Position numbers and translations under genes: made by a program. The notes beneath the pieces were generated by a model. That model did no database searches, was not told the DNA's origin, and was given only the letters and a program-made list of their open reading frames with translations. Positions 1 through 9,722 of a stretch of DNA of 50,254 nt are shown here, piece by piece (the first letter of the stretch is position 1; each line of letters begins with the position of its first letter). Source of the stretch: Gemmatimonadaceae bacterium (GTDB taxonomy: Bacteria; Gemmatimonadota; Gemmatimonadetes; Gemmatimonadales; Gemmatimonadaceae); the NCBI GenBank assembly GCA_040374005.1, contig JBEIVF010000001.1, positions 1-50,254 on the forward strand, in the 5' to 3' direction.

Positions 1-38
1 CCATGACGGAGTGGCGCCCTTCTCGTTTGCGTTGCAAG

Positions 39-353
39 CTACTCCCGCGGCGTCATCACAAACAATTGGATCCACTCCGGCCAGTTCCCGCTCAACTCAA
101 AGAAGTCGTCAAAGTACGTCAGGCCCGCCTCCTCCATCTCCGTCACCAAGTCAGTGATCTGGGCGCCATAGAGCGGGCCGATAACGATCAGCTCACCCTC
201 CATACGAAAATCGTCGGCGGTGAGCGCGAATCGGTCGTCGATGTCGGCGCGGGTCAGGCCCGCACCTTCGAACGCGTCGCGGCGGATACAGAGCGTGGGC
301 TGTTCGCCCGGGATTGAGATCGGCATTTCCCCGAAGCTACTGCTGGTGGCCAT
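39..353 (-). CDS. hypothetical small acidic protein (104 aa)
   Basis: Complete ORF from the track with an acidic, non-shadow-like composition ([18 protein letters not shown]...[17 protein letters not shown]). No family recognised. Its ATG lies only 9 bp from the divergent mnmG ATG. Confidence 0.45.
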   Translation of the reverse strand: MATSSSFGEMPISIPGEQPTLCIRRDAFEGAGLTRADIDDRFALTADDFRMEGELIVIGPLYGAQITDLVTEMEEAGLTYFDDFFELSGNWPEWIQLFVMTPRE

Positions 354-362
354 CTTTCACCA

Positions 363-2291
363 ATGGCGCACACTCCTGAAGCGACGCTCGACGTCATCGT
401 GATCGGCGGCGGTCACGCCGGGGCCGAAGCGGCGGCCGTCGCGGCGCGCACCGGGGCCCGGGTGGCCATGGTCACCAGCGCCCTCGAGACCATTGGGCAG
501 ATGTCGTGCAACCCGGCCATCGGCGGCATCGCCAAAGGCACCGTGGTCCGCGAAGTGGACGCGCTGGGTGGCATCATGGCCCGCGCCACGGACCGCGCCA
601 CGCTGCAGTTCCGCATGCTCAACCGCGGCAAGGGCCCCGCCGTGTGGGCACCGCGCGCGCAGGCCGACCGCGCGCTGTACCGCACTGCGGTGCGCGCCGA
701 GCTGGAACGCATTCCGTCGCTGCGGCTCATCCAGGGCACGGTCGCGTCGCTCATCATTGAACACGGACGCGTGGCCGGCGTGCGCACGCTCGAAGGGCGC
801 ACGATCGCCGCGCGCGCCGTGGTCATCACCACGGGCACGTTCCTGCGCGGCAAGATCCACATCGGCACCGACACGGCGATCGGCGGCGGACGCGCGGGCG
901 AAGCGCCCACCACGCATCTCAGCGATCAACTGCGCGACCTCGGGCTCACCACGGAGCGCTTCAAGACGGGCACGCCGCCACGCATCGACGGGCGCACGGT
1001 GGACTTCAGTGTGTGCGAAGAGCAAAACAGCGAGCTCGACGACTTCGACTATTCGTGGTCGGCGTTCTGGACCACGCCGCGTATGCACCACGGCCGCGCT
1101 CGCAATCCGGTGCAGCGCTCGTGCTGGATCACGTGGGCCGGCACTGACACCAAGGACGTTGTCGCCGAGGCGCTGAATCGCTCGGCCATGTACGGCGGCG
1201 CCATCGGCACACGCGGGCCGCGGTACTGCCCATCGATCGAAGACAAGATCGTGCGGTTCCCAGCGGCCGAGCGCCATCAGGTGTTCTTGGAGCCCGAAGG
1301 TGTGGACACGGCAGAGTTGTACGTGAATGGGCTGTCGACGTCGCTGCCCGTCGCCGACCAACTGGCGATGCTGCGCAGTGTGCCGGGTTTGGAGAACGCC
1401 GAGATGACGCGGGCCGGGTACGCGATCGAGTACGACTATGTGCCGCCGACGCAGCTGGATGCCACACTTGGCGTGAAGCAATTGCCGGGGCTGTACCTCG
1501 CGGGGCAGATCAATGGCACCACGGGCTACGAGGAAGCCGCGGGGCAGGGCGCCATCGCGGGGCTCAATGCGGCGCGCTTCACGCAAGAGTTATCACTGGT
1601 GCAGTTGGGGCGCGAGACGTCGTACATCGGCGTGTTGGTGGACGACCTGGTCACGCGCGGCGTGGACGAGCCGTACCGGTTGTTCACGTCGCGGTCGGAG
1701 TATCGGTTGACGATCCGCCAGGATAATGCGCTGGCGCGGCTGGCGCCCACGGCGCTGGAGCTCGGCTTGTACACGGCCGACGAAACGGCGCACGTGGAAC
1801 GTCGGCTAGCCGCCGTCGCTGAAGCGCGCGAATTGGCCGAAGAGACGAGTGTGCGGCCCGAGGTAGTGGAGTCGTATCTGTTGTCGGTCGATTCGTCGCT
1901 GCTGGTGCAGGCGGTGCGCGCGGTGGAGTTGGCGCGCCGCACCGAAGTACATCTGCGCGAGTTATTCACGCTGTGCGAGGTGGGCCATTCGCTGCCGGCT
2001 GATGCCGTCGTGACCGCCGACCTTGAGATCAAGTACGTCAAATACTTTGCCCGGGAGCGCGACGCCGCGGCACGCTTACAAGCGATGGGTGCGTTCGCGC
2101 TCGATGCCGACCTCCCGTACGACCGCTTCACGACGCTCTCGATGGAAGCACGACAGAAGTTGGCGGCGATCCGCCCGACCACCCTCGCCCAGGCCTCACG
2201 TGTGTCGGGGATCTCACCGGCTGATCTGCAGAACCTCGTGCTCGAAGTCGCGCGGGTGCGACGGCGTGGTGTGCTGGCGGCGCCGTCGTGA
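363..2291 (+). CDS. mnmG: tRNA uridine 5-carboxymethylaminomethyl modification enzyme MnmG (GidA)
   Basis: 642 aa. N-terminal FAD fold [15 protein letters not shown] and the motif [13 protein letters not shown] are typical of GidA/MnmG along the full length. Confidence 0.95.
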   Translation: MAHTPEATLDVIVIGGGHAGAEAAAVAARTGARVAMVTSALETIGQMSCNPAIGGIAKGTVVREVDALGGIMARATDRATLQFRMLNRGKGPAVWAPRAQADRALYRTAVRAELERIPSLRLIQGTVASLIIEHGRVAGVRTLEGRTIAARAVVITTGTFLRGKIHIGTDTAIGGGRAGEAPTTHLSDQLRDLGLTTERFKTGTPPRIDGRTVDFSVCEEQNSELDDFDYSWSAFWTTPRMHHGRARNPVQRSCWITWAGTDTKDVVAEALNRSAMYGGAIGTRGPRYCPSIEDKIVRFPAAERHQVFLEPEGVDTAELYVNGLSTSLPVADQLAMLRSVPGLENAEMTRAGYAIEYDYVPPTQLDATLGVKQLPGLYLAGQINGTTGYEEAAGQGAIAGLNAARFTQELSLVQLGRETSYIGVLVDDLVTRGVDEPYRLFTSRSEYRLTIRQDNALARLAPTALELGLYTADETAHVERRLAAVAEARELAEETSVRPEVVESYLLSVDSSLLVQAVRAVELARRTEVHLRELFTLCEVGHSLPADAVVTADLEIKYVKYFARERDAAARLQAMGAFALDADLPYDRFTTLSMEARQKLAAIRPTTLAQASRVSGISPADLQNLVLEVARVRRRGVLAAPS

Positions 2292-4324
2292 GCGTGGGGT
2301 CGGCGGTCTCCACCGCGCTCCGCGCGACAGGCGCGGTCTTGCTGCTCGCGCTCAGTCTGCTGCCGCTCGGTCAATGGCTGAACATTGAGCTCACGCCTGC
2401 CCTCAACTATTCGGCCGAAGGCTGGTGGAGCGGCACGGCGGTCGTCGGGCTCCTGACGTTCTTGATCGTGATCGTCGTGCATCGTATGCAACTGGCCGAT
2501 TCGATGGCCGGGGCGTGCGATCGCGTGGTGGGGTTCTGGGATCGCTCGCCACACATCGCGATCCCACTGCTCGCGATGTTGGCCACGGCGCTGTACGCGT
2601 TCAATGCGATCTGGGTGTTCAGCGGCAAGCCGCTCCTGATCGATGAGATCGTGCAGGTGCTGCAGGCACGGATCTTCGTTGAGGGGCGGCTTACGTGGCC
2701 GTTGGATGCGTATCCGGAGTTTCGCTCCATCATGCACTTGGTGGAGCAGGACGGCCGGTGGTACGGCCAGTTCCCGCCCGGTGGACCGGCGATGCTGGCC
2801 CTCGGCGAATTGTTCGGCGCGCCGTGGTTGGTGAACCCGGCGTTCGGTGGTCTCTCGGTGGCCGCGCTCGCCCTCGCGCTGCGCTGGGCGCGCGTGTCGG
2901 CCGGCCTTGGCGTGGCCACCACGTTCCTGTTCGCGTGCGCGCCGTTCGTGATCTTCCAGTCGGCGAGTCACATGAATCACGTGACGTCGTTGACGTGCTT
3001 GCTGATTGCCACGGCTGCGCTGATCCGTGCGACGCACGCGGAGCGTGATCATCTGTGGGCCGGATTGATCTGCGGACTCGGCCTCGGCGTGGCGGCGACC
3101 ATCCGTCCGCTCGATGCGGCCGCCTGGGCGCTGCCGGCGGCGGGATGGCTTGGCGCGCAGGCCGTGCGCGATCGTCGGTGGATGGCGTTCATCGCATCGG
3201 GCGTCGGTGTGGCGGTCCCGATGGGCATCATGATGTGGGTGAACACCCAGATGACCGGTGGCGCGCTCACGTTCGGCTACACTGTGATGTGGGGCGAATC
3301 GCAGGGGCTCGGCTTTGGGGCGGCGCCGTGGGGTGAGCCGCACACGGTGGAGCGCGGCCTGGCGATGATCGCGGCGTACTTCAACCGACTCAACGAGTTC
3401 TTCTTCGAGACACCGGTCCCGATCTTGGTGCCGGTGGCGATGGTGATCGCGTGGTCGCGCACCTCGTCGGCTCTCGAGCGGTACATGATGGTGTGCAGTG
3501 GGTTGATCGTGATCTCGTACTTCGCGTACTGGCACGACGGGTTCTACCTGGGACCGCGCTTCATCTTCACGCTCGCACCGCTCGTGGCGTTGTTGGTGGC
3601 TCGTTTCCCGGGTGTGGTCGCCGAGAAGTTCGCGGCGGTCCCGTTGATGCGTCAGGCGGCGATCGCGTCGTTCGTCGCGGCGGCGGTGGCGGGCGTAGTG
3701 TTCGTGTTGCCGATCCGCATTGCGGGGTACCGCGCGGTGTTCAGCTCGTTCCGGTGGGACTACGGTGCGTTGGCCGCGGCGGCGGGCGCACGGGATAGTA
3801 CTGATGTGGTGATCGTGCGCGAGAGCTGGGGGGCGCAGGTGATGGTGCGAATGTGGGCGTTGGGCGTGCCGCGTTCGCACGCGGAGTCCTTCTATCGATT
3901 GGTCGACACCTGCGCGCTCGATGATGCCATCGGACGACTCGAGGTGCGCGGGGTCCGCGGCGAGGGTGCGATCGCGGCCATCACCCCGTTGTTGGCTGAT
4001 AGTGCGCGGGTGGTGAAGAGCACGTTATCGGTGGACGACACGGAGCGCGTGTTGCCGGGTTCGACGTATCCCCCGCGATGTTTCGCACGACTGCGCGAGG
4101 ATTCGGCGGGGTTCGCGCATTTGGTGCCGACGTGGTTGGAGCGCGAGTCGCCGGTGCGCTGGGTGCGCGACTTGCAGGCGCGCGACACGCTGGTGGTGCA
4201 GCCGACGGATCGCGTGTGGTTGTTGCGCGGCGTGCGATCCGACCGCACGTCAATGCTCAGTCCGGTGATCGAACGCATTGACGGTGACTCTTTGCGGGCG
4301 GCGTGGGGTAGGAGCAGGCAGTAG
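2288..4324 (+). CDS. polytopic membrane protein, possibly a GT-C/ArnT(PMT_2)-like glycosyltransferase
   Basis: 678 aa. The GTG start overlaps the mnmG stop (GTGA). About 10-12 hydrophobic segments are followed by a soluble C-terminal region. The stretch [20 protein letters not shown] resembles GT-C family loops, but the function is an impression only. Confidence 0.6.
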   Translation: MSVGSAVSTALRATGAVLLLALSLLPLGQWLNIELTPALNYSAEGWWSGTAVVGLLTFLIVIVVHRMQLADSMAGACDRVVGFWDRSPHIAIPLLAMLATALYAFNAIWVFSGKPLLIDEIVQVLQARIFVEGRLTWPLDAYPEFRSIMHLVEQDGRWYGQFPPGGPAMLALGELFGAPWLVNPAFGGLSVAALALALRWARVSAGLGVATTFLFACAPFVIFQSASHMNHVTSLTCLLIATAALIRATHAERDHLWAGLICGLGLGVAATIRPLDAAAWALPAAGWLGAQAVRDRRWMAFIASGVGVAVPMGIMMWVNTQMTGGALTFGYTVMWGESQGLGFGAAPWGEPHTVERGLAMIAAYFNRLNEFFFETPVPILVPVAMVIAWSRTSSALERYMMVCSGLIVISYFAYWHDGFYLGPRFIFTLAPLVALLVARFPGVVAEKFAAVPLMRQAAIASFVAAAVAGVVFVLPIRIAGYRAVFSSFRWDYGALAAAAGARDSTDVVIVRESWGAQVMVRMWALGVPRSHAESFYRLVDTCALDDAIGRLEVRGVRGEGAIAAITPLLADSARVVKSTLSVDDTERVLPGSTYPPRCFARLREDSAGFAHLVPTWLERESPVRWVRDLQARDTLVVQPTDRVWLLRGVRSDRTSMLSPVIERIDGDSLRAAWGRSRQ

Positions 4325-4358
4325 GTGTTGTGGGTGGGCCTTTTTTGGAGATTCTATT

Positions 4359-5072
4359 ATGCGCAGTTTGTTACTAATTGCTTTTGCCGCGACATCGGTC
4401 GCCGCACAGGCGCCGGTGGTGACGGGTCCGCAGCTGGTGGCGTCGGGCCGCGGCGAGGTGGAGGTGTCGCCGAACCGCGCCGAGCTGACGTTGAGCGTGG
4501 AGACGCGGGCCAAGTCGGGCGCGGCGGCTGGTCAGGAGAACGCGGCGATCGTGGCGGCGGTCCTGGACTCGCTGCGCAAGGGATTCCGCCTCACCGAGAA
4601 GGACCTGACGACGGCGGGCTATATGATGCGCCCGGAGATGTCGTATCCGTCGGATGGGCGGCCGCCGCAGGTGGAAGGCTACGTGGTGCAGAACATGATC
4701 CGCGTGCGGATCAGCGAGATCAGCCGCGTGGGGGCGATCATCGACGCCGCGCTGCAGAAGCGCGCCTCGAACGTGGCGGGTCTGATGTTCTCGTCGTCGA
4801 GCATCGAGGTGGCGCGGCGCCAGGCGCTCGCGATCGCGGTAGACAATGCACGGCGCGACGCCGAGGTGATGGCCAAGGCGGCGGGTGGGACGCTGGGCGA
4901 TCTGATCGAGCTCACCAGCGCTGGGAGCGACGGGTATCGCCCCCAGCCGATGCCCCTGCTGATGGAGGCAAGAATGTCGCGCGATGGGGCCTCGACAGAG
5001 ATCCAGGCCGGCGACCAGAAGATCACCGCGCAGGTGTCTGCGCGGTGGCGTTTCGTGCCGCCAGCGCGGTAG
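4359..5072 (+). CDS. SIMPL (DUF541) domain periplasmic protein
   Basis: An internal ATG at 4359 gives a signal peptide MRSLLLIAFAATSVAAQA. The sequence GRGEVEVSPNRAELTLSVETRAKSGAAAGQENA is typical of the SIMPL / 26-kDa periplasmic immunogenic protein family. Confidence 0.8.
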   Translation: MRSLLLIAFAATSVAAQAPVVTGPQLVASGRGEVEVSPNRAELTLSVETRAKSGAAAGQENAAIVAAVLDSLRKGFRLTEKDLTTAGYMMRPEMSYPSDGRPPQVEGYVVQNMIRVRISEISRVGAIIDAALQKRASNVAGLMFSSSSIEVARRQALAIAVDNARRDAEVMAKAAGGTLGDLIELTSAGSDGYRPQPMPLLMEARMSRDGASTEIQAGDQKITAQVSARWRFVPPAR

Positions 5073-5092
5073 AGCGGCGCGGGACAGCAGGG

Positions 5093-5129
5093 AGAAAGGG
5101 GGCTCGGTCTTCGGACCGGGCCCCCTTTC
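5093..5129 (+). terminator. GC-rich hairpin downstream of the SIMPL gene
   Basis: gaaaggggggctcggtc-ttcg-gaccgggccccctttc forms a roughly 16-bp stem (one bulge, one G-U) and is followed by gtttc. Confidence 0.5.
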
Positions 5130-5144
5130 GTTTCACGTGAAACA
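5129..5144. promoter_or_regulatory. parS: parS centromere-like site (15/16 match)
   Basis: cGTTTCACGTGAAACA compared with the canonical palindromic parS TGTTTCACGTGAAACA. Confidence 0.8.
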
Positions 5145-5175
5145 GGGCCCGGGGAGCCCCGAACCCGGCCAATGT

Positions 5176-5191
5176 TGTTTCACGTGAAACA
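5176..5191. promoter_or_regulatory. parS: parS centromere-like site (16/16 match)
   Basis: TGTTTCACGTGAAACA is a perfect palindromic parS located 70 bp upstream of parA. Confidence 0.9.
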
Positions 5192-5260
5192 CTGTGGAGA
5201 GCGCTGAGGTGACGGGAACGGTATATTCGCGTCTAAGGTGTACCATCTCCTTATCCAAGT

Positions 5261-6043
5261 GTGAACGTGGCTCGAGTACTAGCGATCGCGAACCAAAAGG
5301 GTGGCGTGGGGAAGACCACGACCGCCGTGAATCTGGCCGCCTCCTTGGCAGCGGCTGAACAGCGAACCCTGCTCATCGATGGCGATCCCCAAGGGAACGC
5401 CACCTCTGGAGTGGGGATCAGCGCTGAACAATTCAGCCGCTCAGTGTACGATGTGCTCCTGGGAGAGTCGGGTATCGCTGATGCGCGGGTCCGCAGCGTG
5501 CAGTTCAAGGCGCTCGATGTGGTCCCAGCCACACCGGACTTGGCGGGAGCCGAAGTGGAGCTGGTCTCCGCGAACGAACGCGAGCTGCGGATGCGGAAGG
5601 CCATCGCCGCCATCCGCGACGAGTACGACTACATCCTCATCGACTGTCCGCCGTCGCTGGGCCTGATCACCATCAACATGCTGGCGGCCGCGGATGCGCT
5701 ACTGATCCCCCTGCAGTGTGAGTACTACGCGCTCGAGGGATTGTCGCAGCTACTGAACACGGTGCACCTCGTGCAGCGCTCGGTGAACGAGGGGCTAGCC
5801 ATCGATGGCGTGCTCCTCACCATGTACGACGCGCGCCTCAACCTCTCACGCCAGGTGGCAGCCGACGCCCGGGAGTACTTCGGCGCTCAGGTGTTCAAGA
5901 ACGCGATCCCTCGCAACGTCCGCCTCGCCGAAGCGCCCTCGTTCGGCAAGCCGATCATCCTGTACGACGTGGCCTCGGTCGGCGCCCAATCGTACATGGC
6001 GGTCGCCGAGGAGCTCATCGCCCGCAACAAGAGTCGGTCATAA
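5261..6043 (+). CDS. parA: chromosome partitioning ATPase ParA (Soj)
   Basis: Deviant Walker A LAIANQKGGVGKTTTAVNLA. The full-length sequence resembles Soj/ParA (LIDGDPQGNATSG, ILIDCPPSLG). Confidence 0.93.
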   Translation: MNVARVLAIANQKGGVGKTTTAVNLAASLAAAEQRTLLIDGDPQGNATSGVGISAEQFSRSVYDVLLGESGIADARVRSVQFKALDVVPATPDLAGAEVELVSANERELRMRKAIAAIRDEYDYILIDCPPSLGLITINMLAAADALLIPLQCEYYALEGLSQLLNTVHLVQRSVNEGLAIDGVLLTMYDARLNLSRQVAADAREYFGAQVFKNAIPRNVRLAEAPSFGKPIILYDVASVGAQSYMAVAEELIARNKSRS

Positions 6044-6086
6044 TGTCCGAATCTGCGCAGGTCGCTGCCAATTCACGGGTAGACTG

Positions 6087-7007
6087 ATGAACGCGAAACA
6101 ACCGCCGCGACTCGGGCGCGGACTCGGCGCCCTCCTCGCCGCCAAGGCCGCCGTCGAAGAACCCGTCGAAACACCCACGACGGGGCTCCGCAAACTCGCC
6201 ATCGGGCAGATCCGGCCCAATCCGTTCCAGCCGCGCAAGGAGTTCCGCCCCGAAGATCTCGCCGACCTCGAGTCGTCGCTGCGCCAGAGCGGGCTCCTGC
6301 AGCCCATCTCGGTGCGCCCCGCACAGTCAGGCACTGGATTCGAGCTCATCGCCGGCGAACGTCGCCTCCGCGCCGCCCAACGGCTCGGCTGGACCGAGAT
6401 CGACGCCGTCATCAAGGTCATCGACGACCAAGAGCTGCTCTCGCTCGCACTCGTCGAGAACCTGCAGCGCGCCGACCTCAACCCGATCGAAGAGGCCGAG
6501 GGCTACCAGCGCCTCATCACGGAATTCGCACTCACGCAACAAGACGTCGCCGACGCCGTGGGCAAGGATCGCTCTACCGTCGCCAACTTCCTGCGCCTGC
6601 TCGCGCTGCCGGCCTCCGTGCGCCGTCTCGTCTGGGAAGGTTCGCTCTCCATCGGACACGCGCGCGCGCTGCTCTCCTTGGGCGACGAGTCGCTGATGGC
6701 GGAGATGGCGAAGGAGATCGTTACCAGCGGGTTGTCGGTGCGCGAAGTGGAACGCCGCGTGCGCGAGCGCGTGCCCGCCAAGGGCCGCAGCGGCGCCAAG
6801 CCCAAGCCCACCGCCACCCCCAGCGCGGATCGCCGCTCGGCCGAAGCACGACGCATCGAGGACCAGCTGCGGCGCCACCTGCAGACGGACGTGAAGTTGG
6901 TGGCCACGCCCGATGGCAAGGGCGAGGTGCGCATTCCGTTCTACTCCGCCGACGACCTCGAGCGTGTCCTCGACCTCGTGCTCGGCGTCCACCGCGACAC
7001 GCGGTGA
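6087..7007 (+). CDS. parB: chromosome partitioning protein ParB (Spo0J)
   Basis: The ATG at 6087 gives MNAKQPPRLGRGLGALL, the classic ParB N-terminus. Also present are IRPNPFQPRK, the GERRLRAA box and an HTH region. The upstream part of the track ORF (5805-6086) overlaps parA and is rejected. Confidence 0.93.
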   Translation: MNAKQPPRLGRGLGALLAAKAAVEEPVETPTTGLRKLAIGQIRPNPFQPRKEFRPEDLADLESSLRQSGLLQPISVRPAQSGTGFELIAGERRLRAAQRLGWTEIDAVIKVIDDQELLSLALVENLQRADLNPIEEAEGYQRLITEFALTQQDVADAVGKDRSTVANFLRLLALPASVRRLVWEGSLSIGHARALLSLGDESLMAEMAKEIVTSGLSVREVERRVRERVPAKGRSGAKPKPTATPSADRRSAEARRIEDQLRRHLQTDVKLVATPDGKGEVRIPFYSADDLERVLDLVLGVHRDTR

Positions 7008-7408
7008 CGGAGCCCAGCGCACCGCGTGGCGCCGGGCTCCGGGCGCTGTTCGCCCAAGAATCCGGCGCACTCTTCGTGCACGTGCACGCCGAGTCGGGCG
7101 TGGAACATCGGACCATCACACTGTCGCCCGCCCACGTGCGCTTCCTGCGCTGGCTGGTGTCGCCGTGGAGCATCGTGCTGGCCTGCGTCCTTGGCGCCTC
7201 GTGGATCTTCTTGGCGGTGCAGGCGGCGCGGCTCCCCAGTGCGGTCACCCGCGTCGTCGCGCTCGAGGAGGAGGCGCTCCGCCTGGACACGTTGGAGGCA
7301 CGCCTCATGGACCTGCAGTTGCGCTATGATCAGGTGACACGGATGTTAGGAGCAGCCCCGACCGACTCGATTACCACCGCGCCCTCCACGACCGGCGCTT
7401 CACGCTGA
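7004..7408 (+). CDS. hypothetical single-pass membrane protein with coiled coil
   Basis: 134 aa. The GTG start overlaps the parB stop (GTGA). One TM segment (WLVSPWSIVLACVLGASWIFLAV) is followed by a heptad-like stretch (ALEEEALRLDTLEARLMDLQLRYDQV). No enzymatic domain is visible. Confidence 0.55.
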   Translation: MTEPSAPRGAGLRALFAQESGALFVHVHAESGVEHRTITLSPAHVRFLRWLVSPWSIVLACVLGASWIFLAVQAARLPSAVTRVVALEEEALRLDTLEARLMDLQLRYDQVTRMLGAAPTDSITTAPSTTGASR

Positions 7409-7418
7409 GGGATCTCTG

Positions 7419-7832
7419 ATGGCGATGTTCAACAAAGACTCACGCCCGGCCGACGCACGGGCGAACGGCGGTGAAGCCACACTCTCCGTGGTCGCGCCTG
7501 GCCTCAAGGTCAAAGGCGACATCTTCGGCCTCGGCCTCCTCAAGGTGGACGGCCGCGTGGAGGGATCAGTCAGCGGGCCGCGCCAGGTGGTCGTCGGCCG
7601 CGATGGGAGCATCCGCGGGAACGTGGAGGCCTCGGAGGTGGTTCTGGCCGGAACGATCGAAGGGTCGATCCTGGGCGCGGAGCGGGTCGAGATGCAAGGG
7701 ACCGCCGTGATGCACGGCGACATCCAGACCCGAGTGATCGTGGTCCACGAAGGGGCTCAGCTCAACGGCGTGGTCCAGATGTCGGCCGTGGCTGAGGCCG
7801 ACGATCGCCCCGCCGTCCAGGTGGTCCGCTGA
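7419..7832 (+). CDS. bactofilin (DUF583, CcmA-like polymer-forming protein)
   Basis: 137 aa. It shows the repetitive beta-helix pattern G-D/N-I/V-x-G (KVKGDIFGLGLLKVDGRVEGSVSG...IRGNVEASEVVLAGTIEGSILGAERVEMQGTAVMHGDIQ). Confidence 0.85.
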   Translation: MAMFNKDSRPADARANGGEATLSVVAPGLKVKGDIFGLGLLKVDGRVEGSVSGPRQVVVGRDGSIRGNVEASEVVLAGTIEGSILGAERVEMQGTAVMHGDIQTRVIVVHEGAQLNGVVQMSAVAEADDRPAVQVVR

Positions 7833-7932
7833 CTTTAAGTCGTGACGAATTAGTAACCTTTCCACACAATTATCCAGATGGGGCGGGGGGAGTGTCCACT
7901 CTTCGTAACCCGTTGCTGCTATTGAGGTTACC

Positions 7933-8946
7933 GTGACGCTTGCTGCTCGGATCCGCCCGCTGATCGCAGTTGTCAACACTCTATTGATTCTGGCGGCGTG
8001 TACGCCTCGTGACAATTCGGGAGATGCCAGTGCAGTGGCGTCAGCAGATGACTTTCGTGTCGCGTTACTGACACCCGGATCCATCGCCGACCAGGCCTGG
8101 AACGGGGCCGCCTACGAGGGTTTGCAGCGCATTCGCGACTCGCTTGGGGCCCAGGTCAGCCACATCGAGGTGAAGACCCCCTCGGAGTTCGAGGAGAACT
8201 TTCGCCAGTATGGCTCGCAGGGCTATCGCCTGGTGATCGGCCACGGCGCCGAGTTCCAGGACGCGGCCGCCCGCGTGGCCCCGGAGTTCCCGCGCACGAT
8301 CTACCTGAGCACCGGCGGGAATCAGGTGCAAGGCAACGCGATCGGCCTAGAGTTCGCCTTCGAGGAAGGCTCGTACGTGGCGGGCATGATCGCCGCTTCG
8401 CTGTCGCGCACCACTGTGATCGGGTGCATCGGTGGCACCGAGCTCGTCCCGGTACGCCGCTCCTTCGCCGCGTTCGCCGCCGGCGCGCACGCAGTGAAGC
8501 CCGACATCCAAGTGCTCACGTCGTACGTCGGCAACTGGGACGATGCCAGCGCCGGCAAGGAGCAAGCGCTCGCGCAGATCGGGCGACGGGCTGATGTCAT
8601 CTTCGGCAATGCCGATGCCGCGGGCCTCGGCATCTTCCAAGCAGCGAAGGAGCGCACGGGCGTCCGCATCATCGGCGCGAACAGCGACCAGGCCTCCGTC
8701 GCGCCGGAGGTCGTGATCGGCAGCGTGGTGATCGATATCCCGCACGCCTTCCTCGAAGTGGCCAAGGAAGTACGACCCGCAGACTTCGCGCCGCGCGTGA
8801 TCACGTTCGGCACGGCGAGCGATGTGGTGCGGTGGGTCTACAACCCCGCGCTCGCCGCTGAGATCAGTGCGGCCACGCGCGCGCGTGTGGACTCACTGAC
8901 CACGGAGATCCGCAGCGGCCGCTTCATCATTCCGCGCGACCAATGA
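7933..8946 (+). CDS. BMP-family (PnrA/Med-like) ABC transporter substrate-binding lipoprotein
   Basis: Lipobox LILAAC. The stretch FRVALLTPGSIADQAWNGAAYEGL...YRLVIGHGAEFQDAA is typical of basic membrane protein family binding proteins. A GAGG Shine-Dalgarno lies 5 nt upstream of the GTG. Confidence 0.85.
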   Translation: MTLAARIRPLIAVVNTLLILAACTPRDNSGDASAVASADDFRVALLTPGSIADQAWNGAAYEGLQRIRDSLGAQVSHIEVKTPSEFEENFRQYGSQGYRLVIGHGAEFQDAAARVAPEFPRTIYLSTGGNQVQGNAIGLEFAFEEGSYVAGMIAASLSRTTVIGCIGGTELVPVRRSFAAFAAGAHAVKPDIQVLTSYVGNWDDASAGKEQALAQIGRRADVIFGNADAAGLGIFQAAKERTGVRIIGANSDQASVAPEVVIGSVVIDIPHAFLEVAKEVRPADFAPRVITFGTASDVVRWVYNPALAAEISAATRARVDSLTTEIRSGRFIIPRDQ

Positions 8947-9722
8947 GCCCCACGCCCCTCCGCACCATCGCCGCGCACCTCGATACGCTCCTCGCGACCG
9001 AGACCACGCCCGACTATCCGCAGGCCTTGAATGGCGTGCAGCTCGAGCACCGCGGACCGGTGCAGCGCGTGGCCGTCTCGGTGGACCTCTCGCAGCGCGT
9101 GATCGAGGGGACGATCGCGGCGGGCGCGAACTTGTTGATCGTGCACCACGGGATGTTCTGGAACGGCGCGCAACGCATCCAGGGCCGCTACTATCGTCGG
9201 CTCGCATCGCTGCTCTCGCACGACATCGCGGTCTACGCCGCGCACCTGCCGCTCGACGCGCACGCGACGCTGGGCAACTCCACGCTCTTGGCCGATCAGC
9301 TCGGGCTCGTCGTGACCGGTGGATTCGCGCAGCATCAGCACCTCTTCTGCGGGGTGCGCGGGGAGAGCGATGAGCCCACCGCGGCGCTGCTCGATCGCGT
9401 GCGCGCGTTCTCCACGGCGCACGAGCACACGCTGGTGGTCACGCCGTTCGCCGGCGAGCGCCGCACGAAGCGCTGGGCGATCTGCTCCGGCGCCGGCGCG
9501 GGCCACGACACGTTGCGCGAGGCGCAGGCCCTGGGCATCGACACGCTGATCGTCGGTGAGGGCCCGCACTGGAGTGCGGTCGATGCCGATGACCTCGGGA
9601 TCGTGATCGCGTACGCGGGCCACTACGCCACCGAAACGCTCGGCGTGCAGGCGCTGGGCCGCGACCTGGCCACGACCTTCGGCCTGCCGTGGAGCTTCAT
9701 CGCGGCGCCCACGGGGCTGTGA
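8943..9722 (+). CDS. Nif3-like dinuclear metal centre protein (YbgI / GTP cyclohydrolase 1 type 2 homologue)
   Basis: 259 aa. ATGA overlap with the binding-protein gene. Nif3 signatures are present: NLLIVHHGMFW, AAHLPLDAH and GHYATE. Confidence 0.85.
   Translation: MSPTPLRTIAAHLDTLLATETTPDYPQALNGVQLEHRGPVQRVAVSVDLSQRVIEGTIAAGANLLIVHHGMFWNGAQRIQGRYYRRLASLLSHDIAVYAAHLPLDAHATLGNSTLLADQLGLVVTGGFAQHQHLFCGVRGESDEPTAALLDRVRAFSTAHEHTLVVTPFAGERRTKRWAICSGAGAGHDTLREAQALGIDTLIVGEGPHWSAVDADDLGIVIAYAGHYATETLGVQALGRDLATTFGLPWSFIAAPTGL

Noticed and set aside
39-353. The small acidic protein as an immunity or antitoxin protein of a toxin system.
   Set aside because: No partner gene is visible because the upstream neighbour lies outside the window, and there is no recognisable immunity-family motif. 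The idea rests only on small size and negative charge.
1526-3880. A 784-aa minus-strand ORF, plus similar long ORFs at 357-1586(-), 9995-11158(-), 26902-29130(-), 30804-32483(-), 42227-43645(-) and 44088-45893(-).
   Set aside because: They lie antisense to genes with clear family signatures (mnmG, the ABC ATPase, yidC, the MBL nuclease, mutS, CBS). Their translations are Arg/His/Pro/Gly-rich low-complexity strings. These are typical shadow ORFs of a genome with about 70% GC.
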